From Candidatus Thorarchaeota archaeon (GTDB lineage Archaea; Asgardarchaeota; Thorarchaeia; Thorarchaeales; Thorarchaeaceae), in contig CP070761.1 in assembly GCA_020348985.1 (NCBI GenBank), forward strand, positions 497,850 through 561,849: a stretch of DNA of 64,000 nucleotides, in the 5' to 3' direction. The notes under the pieces are model-generated. The model made no database searches. It worked only from the letters and a program-made list of their open reading frames with translations, and was not told the DNA's origin. Both the position numbers and the translations under genes were made by a program. This document shows, piece after piece, positions 37,227 to 47,791 of this stretch (the first letter of the stretch is position 1; each line of letters begins with the position of its first letter).

Positions 37227-38966
37227 CTAGCCTCCAGCAAACATTATCAATCTCATTAGACTGTCTCTGAGATCATCTTCAGTGACGAAACCTGTTAGCT
37301 CATCCGCACCCATTTGTATCGTTGGCAATGCGGGCAAATCGTCTTCTGAAATCTCGGCTTCTGGGTCATCAATATTCACCAGGTCGATGACGGACCGAGG
37401 AATACCTAGCTCATCAAGAACAGACAGAAGACTATCAAGGACAGGAGTGCAGAAGACGCAGTGGTCCGACTTGTAAAAGACTATCGAAGGAATGTCGAGT
37501 GCCTCCTTCCACGCTGGAAGGATAATGACAAACTTGCTTCCTTCCTGTGGCTTACCAGCAATTCGGTCCTCAACCCAGATTCTTCCATCGAGATCAGACA
37601 CAAAGTGATCGACAACCGCCAATCCCAATCCCCGACCTGCTGCCCGTCTTCCAGTCCAATCGAAAATCAACTCCTTCTGGTCGTCAGATATTCCAGGACC
37701 CCTATCTGAGATCTCGATTCTTATCTTGTCGCCTGACTCTATCGGCTCTGCATTTACGTCGATTTCCACTTCATTGCCTTCGACATAGGACATTGAGTTG
37801 TGGATTATGTTGAAGAAGATATTCCACAGGAAGGCGTGCCCAGCCACTTCGAATGCGTCATCAGCCACATTGCTCTCTGCTTTGAGTGTCTTCCATTCGA
37901 AATCTCTGTCGGCTTCTCTAATCGCCTTCCCAATGTGTGGGTACAAATCGGTCTTACCTCTTGCCGGGGCTTCATGACCTAGACTCATAAGGACCCCCAG
38001 GTTTGCGATCAGCCTGGAGGCCCGTCTTAGATTCCAGGAGGTCTCTTGCATCAATGATGCCTCCCGTTCCGCCATCTTCAGAGAGGTCTTGAGGTCCTCA
38101 AGTGACAGCAGCGTGTTCTGATAGATCAAGTTCAGGTCACTGGTCATGGCCTCCAGATAGAGATTGGCTCTCTCACTCTCTTCTCTGAGTCTCTGTTCCG
38201 CGGCTCGTCTTCTCGTAACATCAAAGGCCATGAGACCAATCTCTTTTGCTCTCTCGGCACCTATGGCCAAAGCCCTGGACGAAATGCTCACCCAAATCAA
38301 TCGTTCATCGGGACGTTTGAATTCAATCTCTAGACCTGTAACACTTTTGCCCCTCAGGACTTCACTAATGATGTCGGCTCCTGGATCATACTCTGAGTTG
38401 GGATCAGGTAGGAAGTCAGCCAGTGTCTTCCCGAGGATTTCTTCGGCGCCACAACCCATGAGCTCCTCAGTAGCTTGGTTCACTTGTTCTATTTCGCCCG
38501 CACGATTCAATGTGATGTAGGCTATTGGTGACATGTCATACAGAGTGGCGAACCTCTTCTCAAGCTCAGTCACCTGCTCCTCGAGAGCTAGCTGTCTCGA
38601 GATGTCCTTCACCGAAGCCAGCACAGCGGGTTCGTCATAATACACGAACTCAGTCGGATTGATTTCAACGTGTATTGTGTCTCCGTTCTTGGACCGAAGT
38701 CGTGTGTTGAATCTCTCTATGTTCTCGCCGGACGCGATTGCATCGAGCATCGCACGGTCATGTCTCCGAGACAGCGTATCCACTAGGTCTTCAAAGGCCA
38801 TGTCCAGTAGCTCTTTCTCTGAGTAGTTCACCATTTCAGCGAATGCAGTATTTGCCAAAACGATGTCTTCATCCTGTAGCAGGATGACGCCTTCGTGAAC
38901 AACATCAAAGACCTTCTCAAGCCAACTAGAGGCATCTGGTTCGCCGGTCATATCGGTACCTCGCAC
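37227..38966 (-). CDS. PAS-PAS histidine-kinase-like protein lacking the phospho-His, with C-terminal thioredoxin domain
   Basis: Two PAS/PAC domains; YLEAMTSDL at the H-box; NIIHNS, DRGPGI, GRGLGL; FYKSDHCVFC...ALPT. Confidence 0.85.
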   Translation of the reverse strand: MRGTDMTGEPDASSWLEKVFDVVHEGVILLQDEDIVLANTAFAEMVNYSEKELLDMAFEDLVDTLSRRHDRAMLDAIASGENIERFNTRLRSKNGDTIHVEINPTEFVYYDEPAVLASVKDISRQLALEEQVTELEKRFATLYDMSPIAYITLNRAGEIEQVNQATEELMGCGAEEILGKTLADFLPDPNSEYDPGADIISEVLRGKSVTGLEIEFKRPDERLIWVSISSRALAIGAERAKEIGLMAFDVTRRRAAEQRLREESERANLYLEAMTSDLNLIYQNTLLSLEDLKTSLKMAEREASLMQETSWNLRRASRLIANLGVLMSLGHEAPARGKTDLYPHIGKAIREADRDFEWKTLKAESNVADDAFEVAGHAFLWNIFFNIIHNSMSYVEGNEVEIDVNAEPIESGDKIRIEISDRGPGISDDQKELIFDWTGRRAAGRGLGLAVVDHFVSDLDGRIWVEDRIAGKPQEGSKFVIILPAWKEALDIPSIVFYKSDHCVFCTPVLDSLLSVLDELGIPRSVIDLVNIDDPEAEISEDDLPALPTIQMGADELTGFVTEDDLRDSLMRLIMFAGG

Positions 38967-39050
38967 TCACTTCAAAGCTGGAAATCGCCAATAACAATCT
39001 TCGCTGTTTCTATATTTGCGCAATTAATGGACCGGAAATAGCCCGATTCA

Positions 39051-40361
39051 TTAGTCGCGAAACCGAGAAGACTTCTTGCCTGAGAGCTTCTGAACAACCC
39101 AGACCAAACACCACTCCATAGAGCCCTTGTATTCCGCCTTCTCCCAAAGCACAAGAATAATTGACCAAACGAGGATGTTGAGCAGTCCGAACAGAATGAT
39201 GTTGACAAGAGTGGCATTCCATTGTGGCCATATTGGCGCAACAATCAGTTGGAGGACTACTGCAACAAGACCCTCCAGCATGTACACTGTCAAAGCCAAC
39301 TTACCAAAGTCCGGAACCATCTGAGCAAGCCTTGACCATCTTTCTCTGGTTGAAGCAGAGCGATAGTCTAGAAGCGCCAGTCCGAGGAAGATGAGAATGA
39401 AGAAGAAACCTAGTTGCAGAAGTTTGCGAGCGAGAAGATTGATGTTGGCGGCCCAAGTGAATGGCTCTTGGCCAGGCAATGCATCGATGTTGCCCATGTA
39501 TATCGCTCCAATCACAAGGGCAATTGCAGCGAAGATTACAGTGTAGCCCAGAACTTTCCGAGGGTTCTCGTTCCTTGCAATCGCGACACCAACCATGGCT
39601 CCAAAACAACCATATGAGAGGTGTGGGAAGATAGGCATCATTCCGTTCACAAGTGGTTCCAAGAAGAATGCCACTAGATAGTTACCTGAGTGGAAGGCGT
39701 TGTTTGAGAACTCACCAATCGCGAATCTTAAGAATGGGGAGACTGCCAGAAAGAAGAGACCCAATGATGCAAGAGTTCCATAGACTATTCGGGGGTATTC
39801 AAGCCCTTTCCACTTGCTAATGGCCCCCATCAAAGTCGACACGAAAATAATCGTCACTCCAATCATGCCAAGAGTTTCCATACCGATGAAAGAGGCAGGG
39901 TTGATTGCGGGGTCTGGTAATCGGCCAAACATGAGATAGTAAGGAAGTATTCCTGTCAGATTGATGAGCGAATCGTCCATCTGTACTAGCGGCATAGAGT
40001 CATCAATGAACCGGAGCAAGAGGACTCTGAAAGCTAGACTGTAGAGAAGCATGAGAATTCCGGTAATCCATCCCCCAGCTACAAGTACCCTTGCTGAAAT
40101 GCGTTTCAATGTAAGACGCTTCTGAATCATGTATGCGTTGACCGCTCCTGAGATGACATAGAATATCCCGGCCATCGTGATGAAGAGATACATAACACCA
40201 ATCTCTGGAGGTATAGCTCCGCCCGTGTAGGAGGAGAAGAAGTAGTCCCAGAGAACACGATGGAAAACAAGAATGCCTATTATTGCACCGCCTCTCAAGA
40301 GGTCGAATGTGTGGATTCTGTCAATCTTGACCTGTTCTTGGGCTTCGGGTGTGTCAGACAC
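39051..40361 (-). CDS. Multi-pass membrane acyltransferase-like protein (DUF1624/DUF418-like)
   Basis: RIHTFDLLRG.AI....FH, PIFP, FGKLALTVY, KGSMEW; GTG 40361 likely start. Confidence 0.7.
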   Translation of the reverse strand: MSDTPEAQEQVKIDRIHTFDLLRGGAIIGILVFHRVLWDYFFSSYTGGAIPPEIGVMYLFITMAGIFYVISGAVNAYMIQKRLTLKRISARVLVAGGWITGILMLLYSLAFRVLLLRFIDDSMPLVQMDDSLINLTGILPYYLMFGRLPDPAINPASFIGMETLGMIGVTIIFVSTLMGAISKWKGLEYPRIVYGTLASLGLFFLAVSPFLRFAIGEFSNNAFHSGNYLVAFFLEPLVNGMMPIFPHLSYGCFGAMVGVAIARNENPRKVLGYTVIFAAIALVIGAIYMGNIDALPGQEPFTWAANINLLARKLLQLGFFFILIFLGLALLDYRSASTRERWSRLAQMVPDFGKLALTVYMLEGLVAVVLQLIVAPIWPQWNATLVNIILFGLLNILVWSIILVLWEKAEYKGSMEWCLVWVVQKLSGKKSSRFRD

Positions 40362-40446
40362 TGTATTCTGCCTCGATTGCCTACATGTAACTAGACCACA
40401 ATAAAAGTGTACATTAGAACTGATTGCCAAAGGGAAAGCTCAACAC

Positions 40447-42096
40447 CTAGTCTGGCAGGGCCAACCTCTTCGCTCCAACGTATACCATTGATAGTCCCAC
40501 TATCATGAGAACTACACCAGGTCCATAAGCAAGCAGGGCGAGGTTCTCAAACCCGGTCAATAATCCCAGGCCGAGTGCAGACCCGAGGATTGAGACCATT
40601 AGGGTTACCATAATGGCTCCTGTGTTGTCTCTGAAGATCTTGCTTTCACGGTCTTCGTAGTTGGGGTTGTTTGCTGTGACGCCTGTGCTAATCATCACCG
40701 CACCTGAAATAGCCATGCAACAGCCTAGAATTGCACCAATACTTTGAACTAGACCAAATGCCATCATCTTTGAAGCAATAATGGTGTAGATGAAGACAAC
40801 GGGAATCGCCAATAGCAGAGACTGAGCAATTCTGGCCTTCACATATTTGAAGACTCCGTCTGGAGTGCTTTTGATGATCCAAAGATGATTCTTGGACTCC
40901 ATGAATGCTATTCCTCCAAATGTGATGGCACCTACAATAGAGAGCATCATGTTGGAGCTTATGATGAAGTAGAAGAAGACTCTATCCGGGTCAGTCGCTC
41001 CTACTGAGTAGTTGATCATAAGCGGGAAGACGATGGCAAGAATCATTCCAAAACCCAAACTCGTCACGTTCTGAGCTTTCCTCCCGAAATCCTTCAGAGA
41101 TGTTATCACAAGAACGGTGAACGAGCTTGATGAGAGTCTCCTTAGACCTCTTAGAATCAGGTTTTCCCTTCCCGTAGTCACGACTGTCTCTGTACGAGCT
41201 CCAGCTTCGATTCTAAACAACCTATCAGACGTGAATAGAGCTAATCCGATTGTACCCACAAAAGTAGCCATCAACAGAATGAAACTGATAGAAGGTCCAA
41301 AGCCCAACATGGATCCTAGGATTCTGAGATCACTTGCGGACAATCCTACTCCGTTGCACATCACCGCAATCCAAGTTACGAGGTCCGCTCCCCAAGAAGA
41401 TGGCAACCAGTCCATCGAACTGCTTTGCATGACAGCCGCGAATTCAGCTGGTACGAGTTGAACTACGTAAATTGCAAGCAGAATGAGAAGTCCGGTTATT
41501 ACTGAGAAGGCAGTTGCAATGTCCCTTCCTCTTTCAGACCTACCGAGCTTCGACTGAAGTGCTGTTCCCAACAGGAGTGACAGCCAGACGGCGCTGATTG
41601 TCACGAAGAAGATGACTGAATAGATCAGAAGTTGACCGAATATTGAGACTTCATATGCAACAACCAATGGGCCAAGAACAACAGGAGCCGCCACTATTAC
41701 AAACAGACCGTAGACCGGAATCCCTGCCAAGAATGATCCAACCAGAATGTCCCGGGTCTTGACATTGTGACTAAGTAGAATCTCCCATTGACCAATCTTG
41801 ATCTCCTGCAATGCAGCTGAGATCGGACCCAGAAAGAGGATTATCCAAATCATGAGGACCAAAGATCTCATCATTCCTGGGAATAGAAACTTCAGGGCTG
41901 CGGTATACTCAGAACCAAACCAGAGGATCAGCAAAGATGACACAATCCATGGAGCGACTACAATTGCCCACAGAGGGCACACAATCATCAGGACAGTCGC
42001 TACTCTCTTACGGCGATGACGGAACCTTGATGTTATTGCAAGGAATTCAGCTTTTGCGATATGACTCCAGTTGTCTGACACCGTCAAGCCCTCCAA
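40447..42096 (-). CDS. ABC exporter permease (about 12 TM)
   Basis: Duplicated hydrophobic halves; overlaps the ABC ATPase stop codon. Confidence 0.75.
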   Translation of the reverse strand: MEGLTVSDNWSHIAKAEFLAITSRFRHRRKRVATVLMIVCPLWAIVVAPWIVSSLLILWFGSEYTAALKFLFPGMMRSLVLMIWIILFLGPISAALQEIKIGQWEILLSHNVKTRDILVGSFLAGIPVYGLFVIVAAPVVLGPLVVAYEVSIFGQLLIYSVIFFVTISAVWLSLLLGTALQSKLGRSERGRDIATAFSVITGLLILLAIYVVQLVPAEFAAVMQSSSMDWLPSSWGADLVTWIAVMCNGVGLSASDLRILGSMLGFGPSISFILLMATFVGTIGLALFTSDRLFRIEAGARTETVVTTGRENLILRGLRRLSSSSFTVLVITSLKDFGRKAQNVTSLGFGMILAIVFPLMINYSVGATDPDRVFFYFIISSNMMLSIVGAITFGGIAFMESKNHLWIIKSTPDGVFKYVKARIAQSLLLAIPVVFIYTIIASKMMAFGLVQSIGAILGCCMAISGAVMISTGVTANNPNYEDRESKIFRDNTGAIMVTLMVSILGSALGLGLLTGFENLALLAYGPGVVLMIVGLSMVYVGAKRLALPD

Positions 42097-42857
42097 GCCA
42101 ATAGCTGTTCTCGGTCTACCCTACCACCTACTATTCGCAGATATGCTTCCTCAAGATCAGCGGCGTCAACTGACTCGATGATTTGTTCAGGCGACCCGAC
42201 GGTCATCAATTTGCCTTCACAAATGATTCCAATGACATCACACACTTCTTCTGCGAAGCTAGTCATATGCGTACAGATGAAGAACGAGGTCTCGGTTTCG
42301 TCAGCAAGTACGAGGATTAAGTCTTTGACTAGTGAACTGGCGGATGGATCTAGGCGAGAAGTTGGTTCATCCAAGAAGACAAGTTCAGGTTCGTGAAGCA
42401 GTGTCGAAGCCACCAGAACTTTCTGTTTCATTCCGGATGAATAGGACTCCAAGAGGTCATTCTGTCTTTCCTCTAGCCCGAGCAAGCTCAGAAGACTATC
42501 TATTCTTCTCAGAAGGGAATCCCCGTTTCTTCTGTTCAGCGCCCCGATGAACTCCAAGAACTCCACAGCCGAAAGTTTGGAGTAGATTCCAGGAGACTCT
42601 GGAAGAAGTCCTGTAATCGATTTGACCTGATCTCTTTGAGTTTCTATATCCAGACCGCAAACCCGGGCACACCCACTACTCTGTTTCATGAGCCCTGAGA
42701 GTATTCTGACAGTTGTAGTCTTTCCTGCTCCGTTAGGCCCGAGTAACCCAAATATGCTGCCGATAGGTACTTCCAAGGTAAGACTCCGTATGGCGTGAAT
42801 TGTACCAAAGGTCTTGCCAAGTGTTTCGGTCTGAATAGCTAAGCCGTTCTCGTTCAT
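42084..42857 (-). CDS. ABC transporter ATP-binding protein
   Basis: GPNGAGKTT, YSSGMKQK, FLDEPT. Confidence 0.9.
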   Translation of the reverse strand: MNENGLAIQTETLGKTFGTIHAIRSLTLEVPIGSIFGLLGPNGAGKTTTVRILSGLMKQSSGCARVCGLDIETQRDQVKSITGLLPESPGIYSKLSAVEFLEFIGALNRRNGDSLLRRIDSLLSLLGLEERQNDLLESYSSGMKQKVLVASTLLHEPELVFLDEPTSRLDPSASSLVKDLILVLADETETSFFICTHMTSFAEEVCDVIGIICEGKLMTVGSPEQIIESVDAADLEEAYLRIVGGRVDREQLLAWRA

Positions 42858-42895
42858 TGTGATTTCACAAGTTCACCTGTTGCTGATTTCTTATA

Positions 42896-42914
42896 TACTT
42901 TGCGTTGCAAAGTA
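42896..42914. promoter_or_regulatory. Palindromic operator
   Basis: TACTTTGC-GTT-GCAAAGTA between the divergent ABC operon and the membrane protein/wHTH operon. Confidence 0.7.
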
Positions 42915-42967
42915 GTTTGCGGTTACTAGTTCTTATTATAGCAAAGTTATTTAAGACGAAAAGCTGA

Positions 42968-43618
42968 ATGACAGATCTGAACTCTACAATGTCTAATGAC
43001 AGTGATTTGAAAGAAGCGCAACAAGCAGCAAACCGTCACTCAATGCAGGACGGTTTCGTCATAGTGATGGTCGGACTCGTCCTAATCGTGGGATCCGGTT
43101 CATTCGTGATACCCGCATACATTGTGTTCATTGCGTTCTTCGTGCTATATGGACCAAAAGCCCTTGAGTCATTGCGAGAAAGGTACACCTATCCGCGAAT
43201 TGGATATGTTCAATTTCGTATGGAAGAAACAGCGACTCGCCTTGCAGCCGGGATCTTCGGTTTCATGGCTGTGTGTTTCGCTTTGACACTAGTTGCGATG
43301 TTCATTGTACAAGGAACAATATCATTGGACCTAATCTACGGATGGGTTCCAGCGTGGATAGGCATGACAATGATTGGTCCTAGTGTGTTTGGGGCGGATC
43401 AGACTGGCAGCCGTTACTACTACATCTTCGGGATATTGGCAGTCTCCACCGGTTTTGCCATCTCGATACTGGCCCATGACCTTGGCAGACTTGCAATTTC
43501 GCTCTATCTGGTTAGTCTGGGCCTGGTACTGACCATAACCGGCCTTGTGACTTTCGGGCGATTCCTCCGCAAGTTTCCGATTCTCGAGTCAGCGGGTGAA
43601 GTGATTGACGAGCAGTAG
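42968..43618 (+). CDS. Six-TM membrane protein
   Basis: Hydrophobic helices; RERYTYPRIGYV, F.RFLRKFP. Confidence 0.75.
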   Translation: MTDLNSTMSNDSDLKEAQQAANRHSMQDGFVIVMVGLVLIVGSGSFVIPAYIVFIAFFVLYGPKALESLRERYTYPRIGYVQFRMEETATRLAAGIFGFMAVCFALTLVAMFIVQGTISLDLIYGWVPAWIGMTMIGPSVFGADQTGSRYYYIFGILAVSTGFAISILAHDLGRLAISLYLVSLGLVLTITGLVTFGRFLRKFPILESAGEVIDEQ

Positions 43619-43922
43619 TGAAGGAGACTCTGAGCCGGAAATTGACAAGCTAATCCATGAACCTGCCAGGCTCAAGATCATGACCCAACTCTACGTTGTG
43701 GAGAGCGCAGACTATGTCTTCCTCATGGGACTGTTGGGTCTTACATGGGGCAACCTGTCCTCTCATCTGAGCAAGCTTGAGACAGCTGGGTACGTGGAAG
43801 TGGACAAAGGATACGAGGGGAAGAAGCCACGGACTGTTCTCCGCCTAACTGAGAAGGGACGTGATGCATTCAGAGAATACCGAGCAGTAATGAAACGAAT
43901 AATCAACGATCTGCCAAAGTAG
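43605..43922 (+). CDS. Winged-helix regulator (HTH_34/MarR-like)
   Basis: IHEPARLKIM...LT.GNLSSHLSKLE.AGYV..K....KPRT...LTEKGR. Confidence 0.85.
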   Translation: MTSSSEGDSEPEIDKLIHEPARLKIMTQLYVVESADYVFLMGLLGLTWGNLSSHLSKLETAGYVEVDKGYEGKKPRTVLRLTEKGRDAFREYRAVMKRIINDLPK

Positions 43923-43977
43923 CCTTCAGTCCACATTTCCGAACTTGCTGGTTCACGCCTATTGATATTCAATTCAG

Positions 43978-44394
43978 GTGCCTACTCTCCTGAAAACCAT
44001 GACAGAGGCTGATGAGCTGCGCAGTAAGTTTGAAAATGCCGTGAAAGATTTCTCATTGATGAGTCCAACGCAGCAGGGTGAGGGCATAACCAGGGTTCTG
44101 CATCAGAATGATTGGATACGGATTCTTGTCACCATGTCGGCAAACAGAGAAGAGAGAGAATCCACGATTGAAGTCGAGCTCTCTGTGCCGTGCAGCTCCA
44201 CCGAAGACTGCGACTCCAGATACACGGACACTGACCTTATTTGCGGCATGTCGCTTCATCTCAACTACCTTGCTGATCTAAACGAGGCAGGATTCGATCT
44301 GGAAATTATCAAGACGGACAGCATATGGACGGTTTCAGCAGAGATTTCAGAAGCTCCCGACTCAAATCTATTCAGATTGCTTGTCCCTCCATGA
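43978..44394 (+). CDS. Hypothetical protein
   Basis: 138-aa ORF with globular composition; no recognised motif. Confidence 0.6.
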   Translation: MPTLLKTMTEADELRSKFENAVKDFSLMSPTQQGEGITRVLHQNDWIRILVTMSANREERESTIEVELSVPCSSTEDCDSRYTDTDLICGMSLHLNYLADLNEAGFDLEIIKTDSIWTVSAEISEAPDSNLFRLLVPP

Positions 44395-44509
44395 GCTGAA
44401 TGAGTATAAGCACGCAGATTCATTTTGGCGGAAGGAAATTCAACAAGACATATTTGTCCAGGCCGCCTACCATGTAGATTATCCCTCAGGCGTGGGAGAG
44501 GAGATACAC

Positions 44510-47500
44510 ATGAAGCGCCGCATAACCATTCTAGAGTTGTTTGCATCATCGTTGCTTATTCTTGGTCTGTTCGCAACACCGACAGCAGTGTTTCTGACCA
44601 CCGATGCATATGCAGGCAATCAAGGATTGAAGGGAAGCATGACACTGTCATACAACACATCGATTTCGTTTCTGACCATTATGGGAGATTTGGAACTTGA
44701 TACAGCAGCAGACACGCACAAGTGGCCTGGAGATGGTAGTCTAGGTAGTCCGTACGTGATCTCAGGATACAACATAACGACCGATAGTACTAACATACTT
44801 CTGGATAGTATAAATGATAGATATCTAGAGATTCGCGACTGTTGGATTGAAGGTGAAACAGGCAAAAGCAACTTTGGATTCAACATTTCGAGTTGCTATA
44901 ACCTAGTCATCGAAAACTGCACGATTTCCGGGAAGGTGAACGGGATCGCCATTATTGGGTGGTCTTCTGAGAGCGGCATCACTATCAACAATTGCACTGT
45001 CTTTGATTGTGATACAGGAATACAAATGAGCCATTCCGAAGGGATAATCGTCAATGACTGCAACATTTACGACTGTGATGTTGCTGGACTCACGATTTCT
45101 ACTCCGACTATCGAAACTAGAAGCCCTGGACTGATTTCATACAACAGGATCCACGATATGATTGGTTACGGGGTTTTCATTTCAAGGAGCGGTGGCTGGA
45201 CTCTGCAGGGCAACACAATCGATAATTGCGGAGGACCGGCAACTCCCGCAGTATGTATCGAGTACATCCCAATTGGGTCTTCATTCATGACTCAATGTAC
45301 GATCAAGAACAGCTATACGGGTATTCTGGTTAATGGTTCCAGGTCTGTTCGCTTAGCCTGGAATGATGTCTTTGACAACACGCAGGAAGGGATACTCTGC
45401 TTTGACAGCAACTACACAATGTTAGAGAACAACGACATCATGGGAAATAGATTCGCGGGGATATCACTGTCTAACAGCAATGACACTGTTGTGGAATACA
45501 ACTATGTCTTCAATCAGACAAGCGATGGTATGTACATAGATGCTTCATCAGACGTAAAAGTGCAGCACAATACATTCGACAGAAATGGAGGGAAATCAAG
45601 CGAGCTCTATGCTTGGGGCTGTCCGAATCTCTATGTCTTCGATAACGATTTCACAAACAACCAGTTCTACGATGGGATCTACCTTCGAAACTGTGATCAT
45701 GCCAATGTCACAGAGAACAGAATCTCTGGCCATCCGAGTTATGGACTCTATTTGCGCGATTCTGGATTCTGTGTTGTTCATAGCAACACCATTGAAGATA
45801 ATGGTGATGACGGGATCTACGTATACCAATCCTACAACAGCACATTCTCTAAGAATACTGTCATGAACTGCTCTACCAACGGCATTAGGTTCTGGCAGGC
45901 CGACAACAATACGATAATTGGCAATGATGTGTCGAACAACACAGACGACGGCATCTATCTATATGACTCGGAGAACTTGGAAGTCATTGATAATGACCTC
46001 TACGACAATGGCTGGACCAATTATCCATCGGCGCCTGACTCCGGAATTCATCTCTCGTCATCGCATGATGTCGAAATTCGTGAGAATAGAGTGTACAACA
46101 ACACAGCAGAAGGAATCACATGTTCTGGCTCAAACAATGTCACAATTATCGACAACGAGGTATTCGGCAATTGGGGACTAGCGGACCCGAGGTGTGGAGT
46201 CTTTGCTACGAGCAGTCATGATTTGGTAATCGTTGGAAACACTGTATACAACAACACCGAAGATGGCATGCAACTTGTCAATTGTGACGATGCCTTGATA
46301 TCCGAGAATGTGGTCTACGAGAATACGCAGCACGGGTTCAACTTGTGGTCCTGCGACAATGGAGTCCTTGATGAGAACACAATCTACGGTAATGGACTTG
46401 ATGGAGTCTATGCCTTAGATCCCTTCTCATGGAATATGACGTGGAATGTTGTATTCGAGAACGGCCGGTATGGTATTCAGCAAATTGGAGCAACAAACAG
46501 CCTAGTTTACTACAACGACCTTGGATGGAACGAAGTAGCAAATGGTTATGCAAGCTTGCCTGGGACTTGGAACACAACTGGCATAGGAAACTGGTGGCAT
46601 GATTTCAATGAAACAGCAGGGCCTACCTACAACGTCTCAACAGGTGTTGTAGACCACTACCCGACATTGAACCTCATTGCTGGCTACGCTGCTCCGCTAA
46701 GCTATGAGAAGGGAACACCAGATCAGTCCCTAACTTGGACAGCATCCACGTTGCATCCAGCAACGTATTCGGTCTACATCAATGGAGGATTTGCGTACAG
46801 CAGTGCCTGGGACGGCTCGAGCATCACAGTTGATGTTTCAGGCCTAGATGTCGGACACTATGACTACACAGTATTTGTGTATCACATCTCGGGTCGATGG
46901 GACAACTCATCCTCATACGTTGATGTCTACGATACGACTGAACCAACTTGGGTGACTCTTCCATCTGACCAAGAGATTGAACTAGGCACTTCACTGAGCT
47001 ACCAGCTTGAAGTCAGTGATCTGTCCAGTGTGACTTGGTCAGTCAATGACACTGTACATTTCGCAGTAGTTGACGGTCTAATCACGAACAATACCGCCCT
47101 CGAGTGGGGCGATTACGGACTCAACATAACTGCCATTGACGCGTATGACAATTCATTATCCCATACAATTCGCATTCGAGTTCGCGACACGATTGCACCG
47201 TTCTGGATCAATCTTCCAGAGGACCTAACCATTACTGAAGGTTCGAGCGTGAATGTCAACTTCTACGTGTTTGACCTGTCAGACATTGGCAGCTGGAGTC
47301 TTGACGATGAGGAACACTTCTCAATTTCTGACGGCGTTCTGACGAACACTGTTGACCTTGATGCCGGGACATACGACTTGACCCTAACAGCGACGGACCT
47401 TTACGGAAACTCCAACTCCACATCATTCAGAATCACGGTCACTGAAGTACCTGTGACAACTACAACGACAACTACCACTACTACGACTACTGATGGAGGC

Positions 47501-47596
47501 ATAGACCCAACAACGATGATGATTATTGCTGGCGGCAGTGCTGGCATCGTCATCATTATCGTGGTTGCTGGAGCTATGAGAAGAAGAGGAGGATAG
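44510..47596 (+). CDS. Cell-surface right-handed beta-helix (NosD-like) protein with Ig-like repeats and TM anchor
   Basis: Signal peptide from ATG 44510; WPGDGS..SPYVI; many GI.L..S.N..I..N repeats; poly-Thr, DGGIDP, TM, RRR. Confidence 0.85.
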   Translation: MKRRITILELFASSLLILGLFATPTAVFLTTDAYAGNQGLKGSMTLSYNTSISFLTIMGDLELDTAADTHKWPGDGSLGSPYVISGYNITTDSTNILLDSINDRYLEIRDCWIEGETGKSNFGFNISSCYNLVIENCTISGKVNGIAIIGWSSESGITINNCTVFDCDTGIQMSHSEGIIVNDCNIYDCDVAGLTISTPTIETRSPGLISYNRIHDMIGYGVFISRSGGWTLQGNTIDNCGGPATPAVCIEYIPIGSSFMTQCTIKNSYTGILVNGSRSVRLAWNDVFDNTQEGILCFDSNYTMLENNDIMGNRFAGISLSNSNDTVVEYNYVFNQTSDGMYIDASSDVKVQHNTFDRNGGKSSELYAWGCPNLYVFDNDFTNNQFYDGIYLRNCDHANVTENRISGHPSYGLYLRDSGFCVVHSNTIEDNGDDGIYVYQSYNSTFSKNTVMNCSTNGIRFWQADNNTIIGNDVSNNTDDGIYLYDSENLEVIDNDLYDNGWTNYPSAPDSGIHLSSSHDVEIRENRVYNNTAEGITCSGSNNVTIIDNEVFGNWGLADPRCGVFATSSHDLVIVGNTVYNNTEDGMQLVNCDDALISENVVYENTQHGFNLWSCDNGVLDENTIYGNGLDGVYALDPFSWNMTWNVVFENGRYGIQQIGATNSLVYYNDLGWNEVANGYASLPGTWNTTGIGNWWHDFNETAGPTYNVSTGVVDHYPTLNLIAGYAAPLSYEKGTPDQSLTWTASTLHPATYSVYINGGFAYSSAWDGSSITVDVSGLDVGHYDYTVFVYHISGRWDNSSSYVDVYDTTEPTWVTLPSDQEIELGTSLSYQLEVSDLSSVTWSVNDTVHFAVVDGLITNNTALEWGDYGLNITAIDAYDNSLSHTIRIRVRDTIAPFWINLPEDLTITEGSSVNVNFYVFDLSDIGSWSLDDEEHFSISDGVLTNTVDLDAGTYDLTLTATDLYGNSNSTSFRITVTEVPVTTTTTTTTTTTTDGGIDPTTMMIIAGGSAGIVIIIVVAGAMRRRGG

Positions 47597-47791
47597 GCTC
47601 CTGAGGCAGGGTCTCATTTACAGTGGACCCTGCGCTTCCATACTTCCAGTCCATGACGACGTTTGACCATCTCACAAATGGGCTTGCTTGCTCGCTCATT
47701 CTTATATCGCTTTAATAGCAGATTGACAAGAAGCAGGATGGGATATGGCAGAATCCAAGCAAGCAGAACTATGCTGAGAAGCAGGTCTTCG

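Noticed and set aside
47453-47492. ACN trinucleotide microsatellite
   Set aside because: Mixed codons encoding a poly-Thr linker; explained by the CDS.
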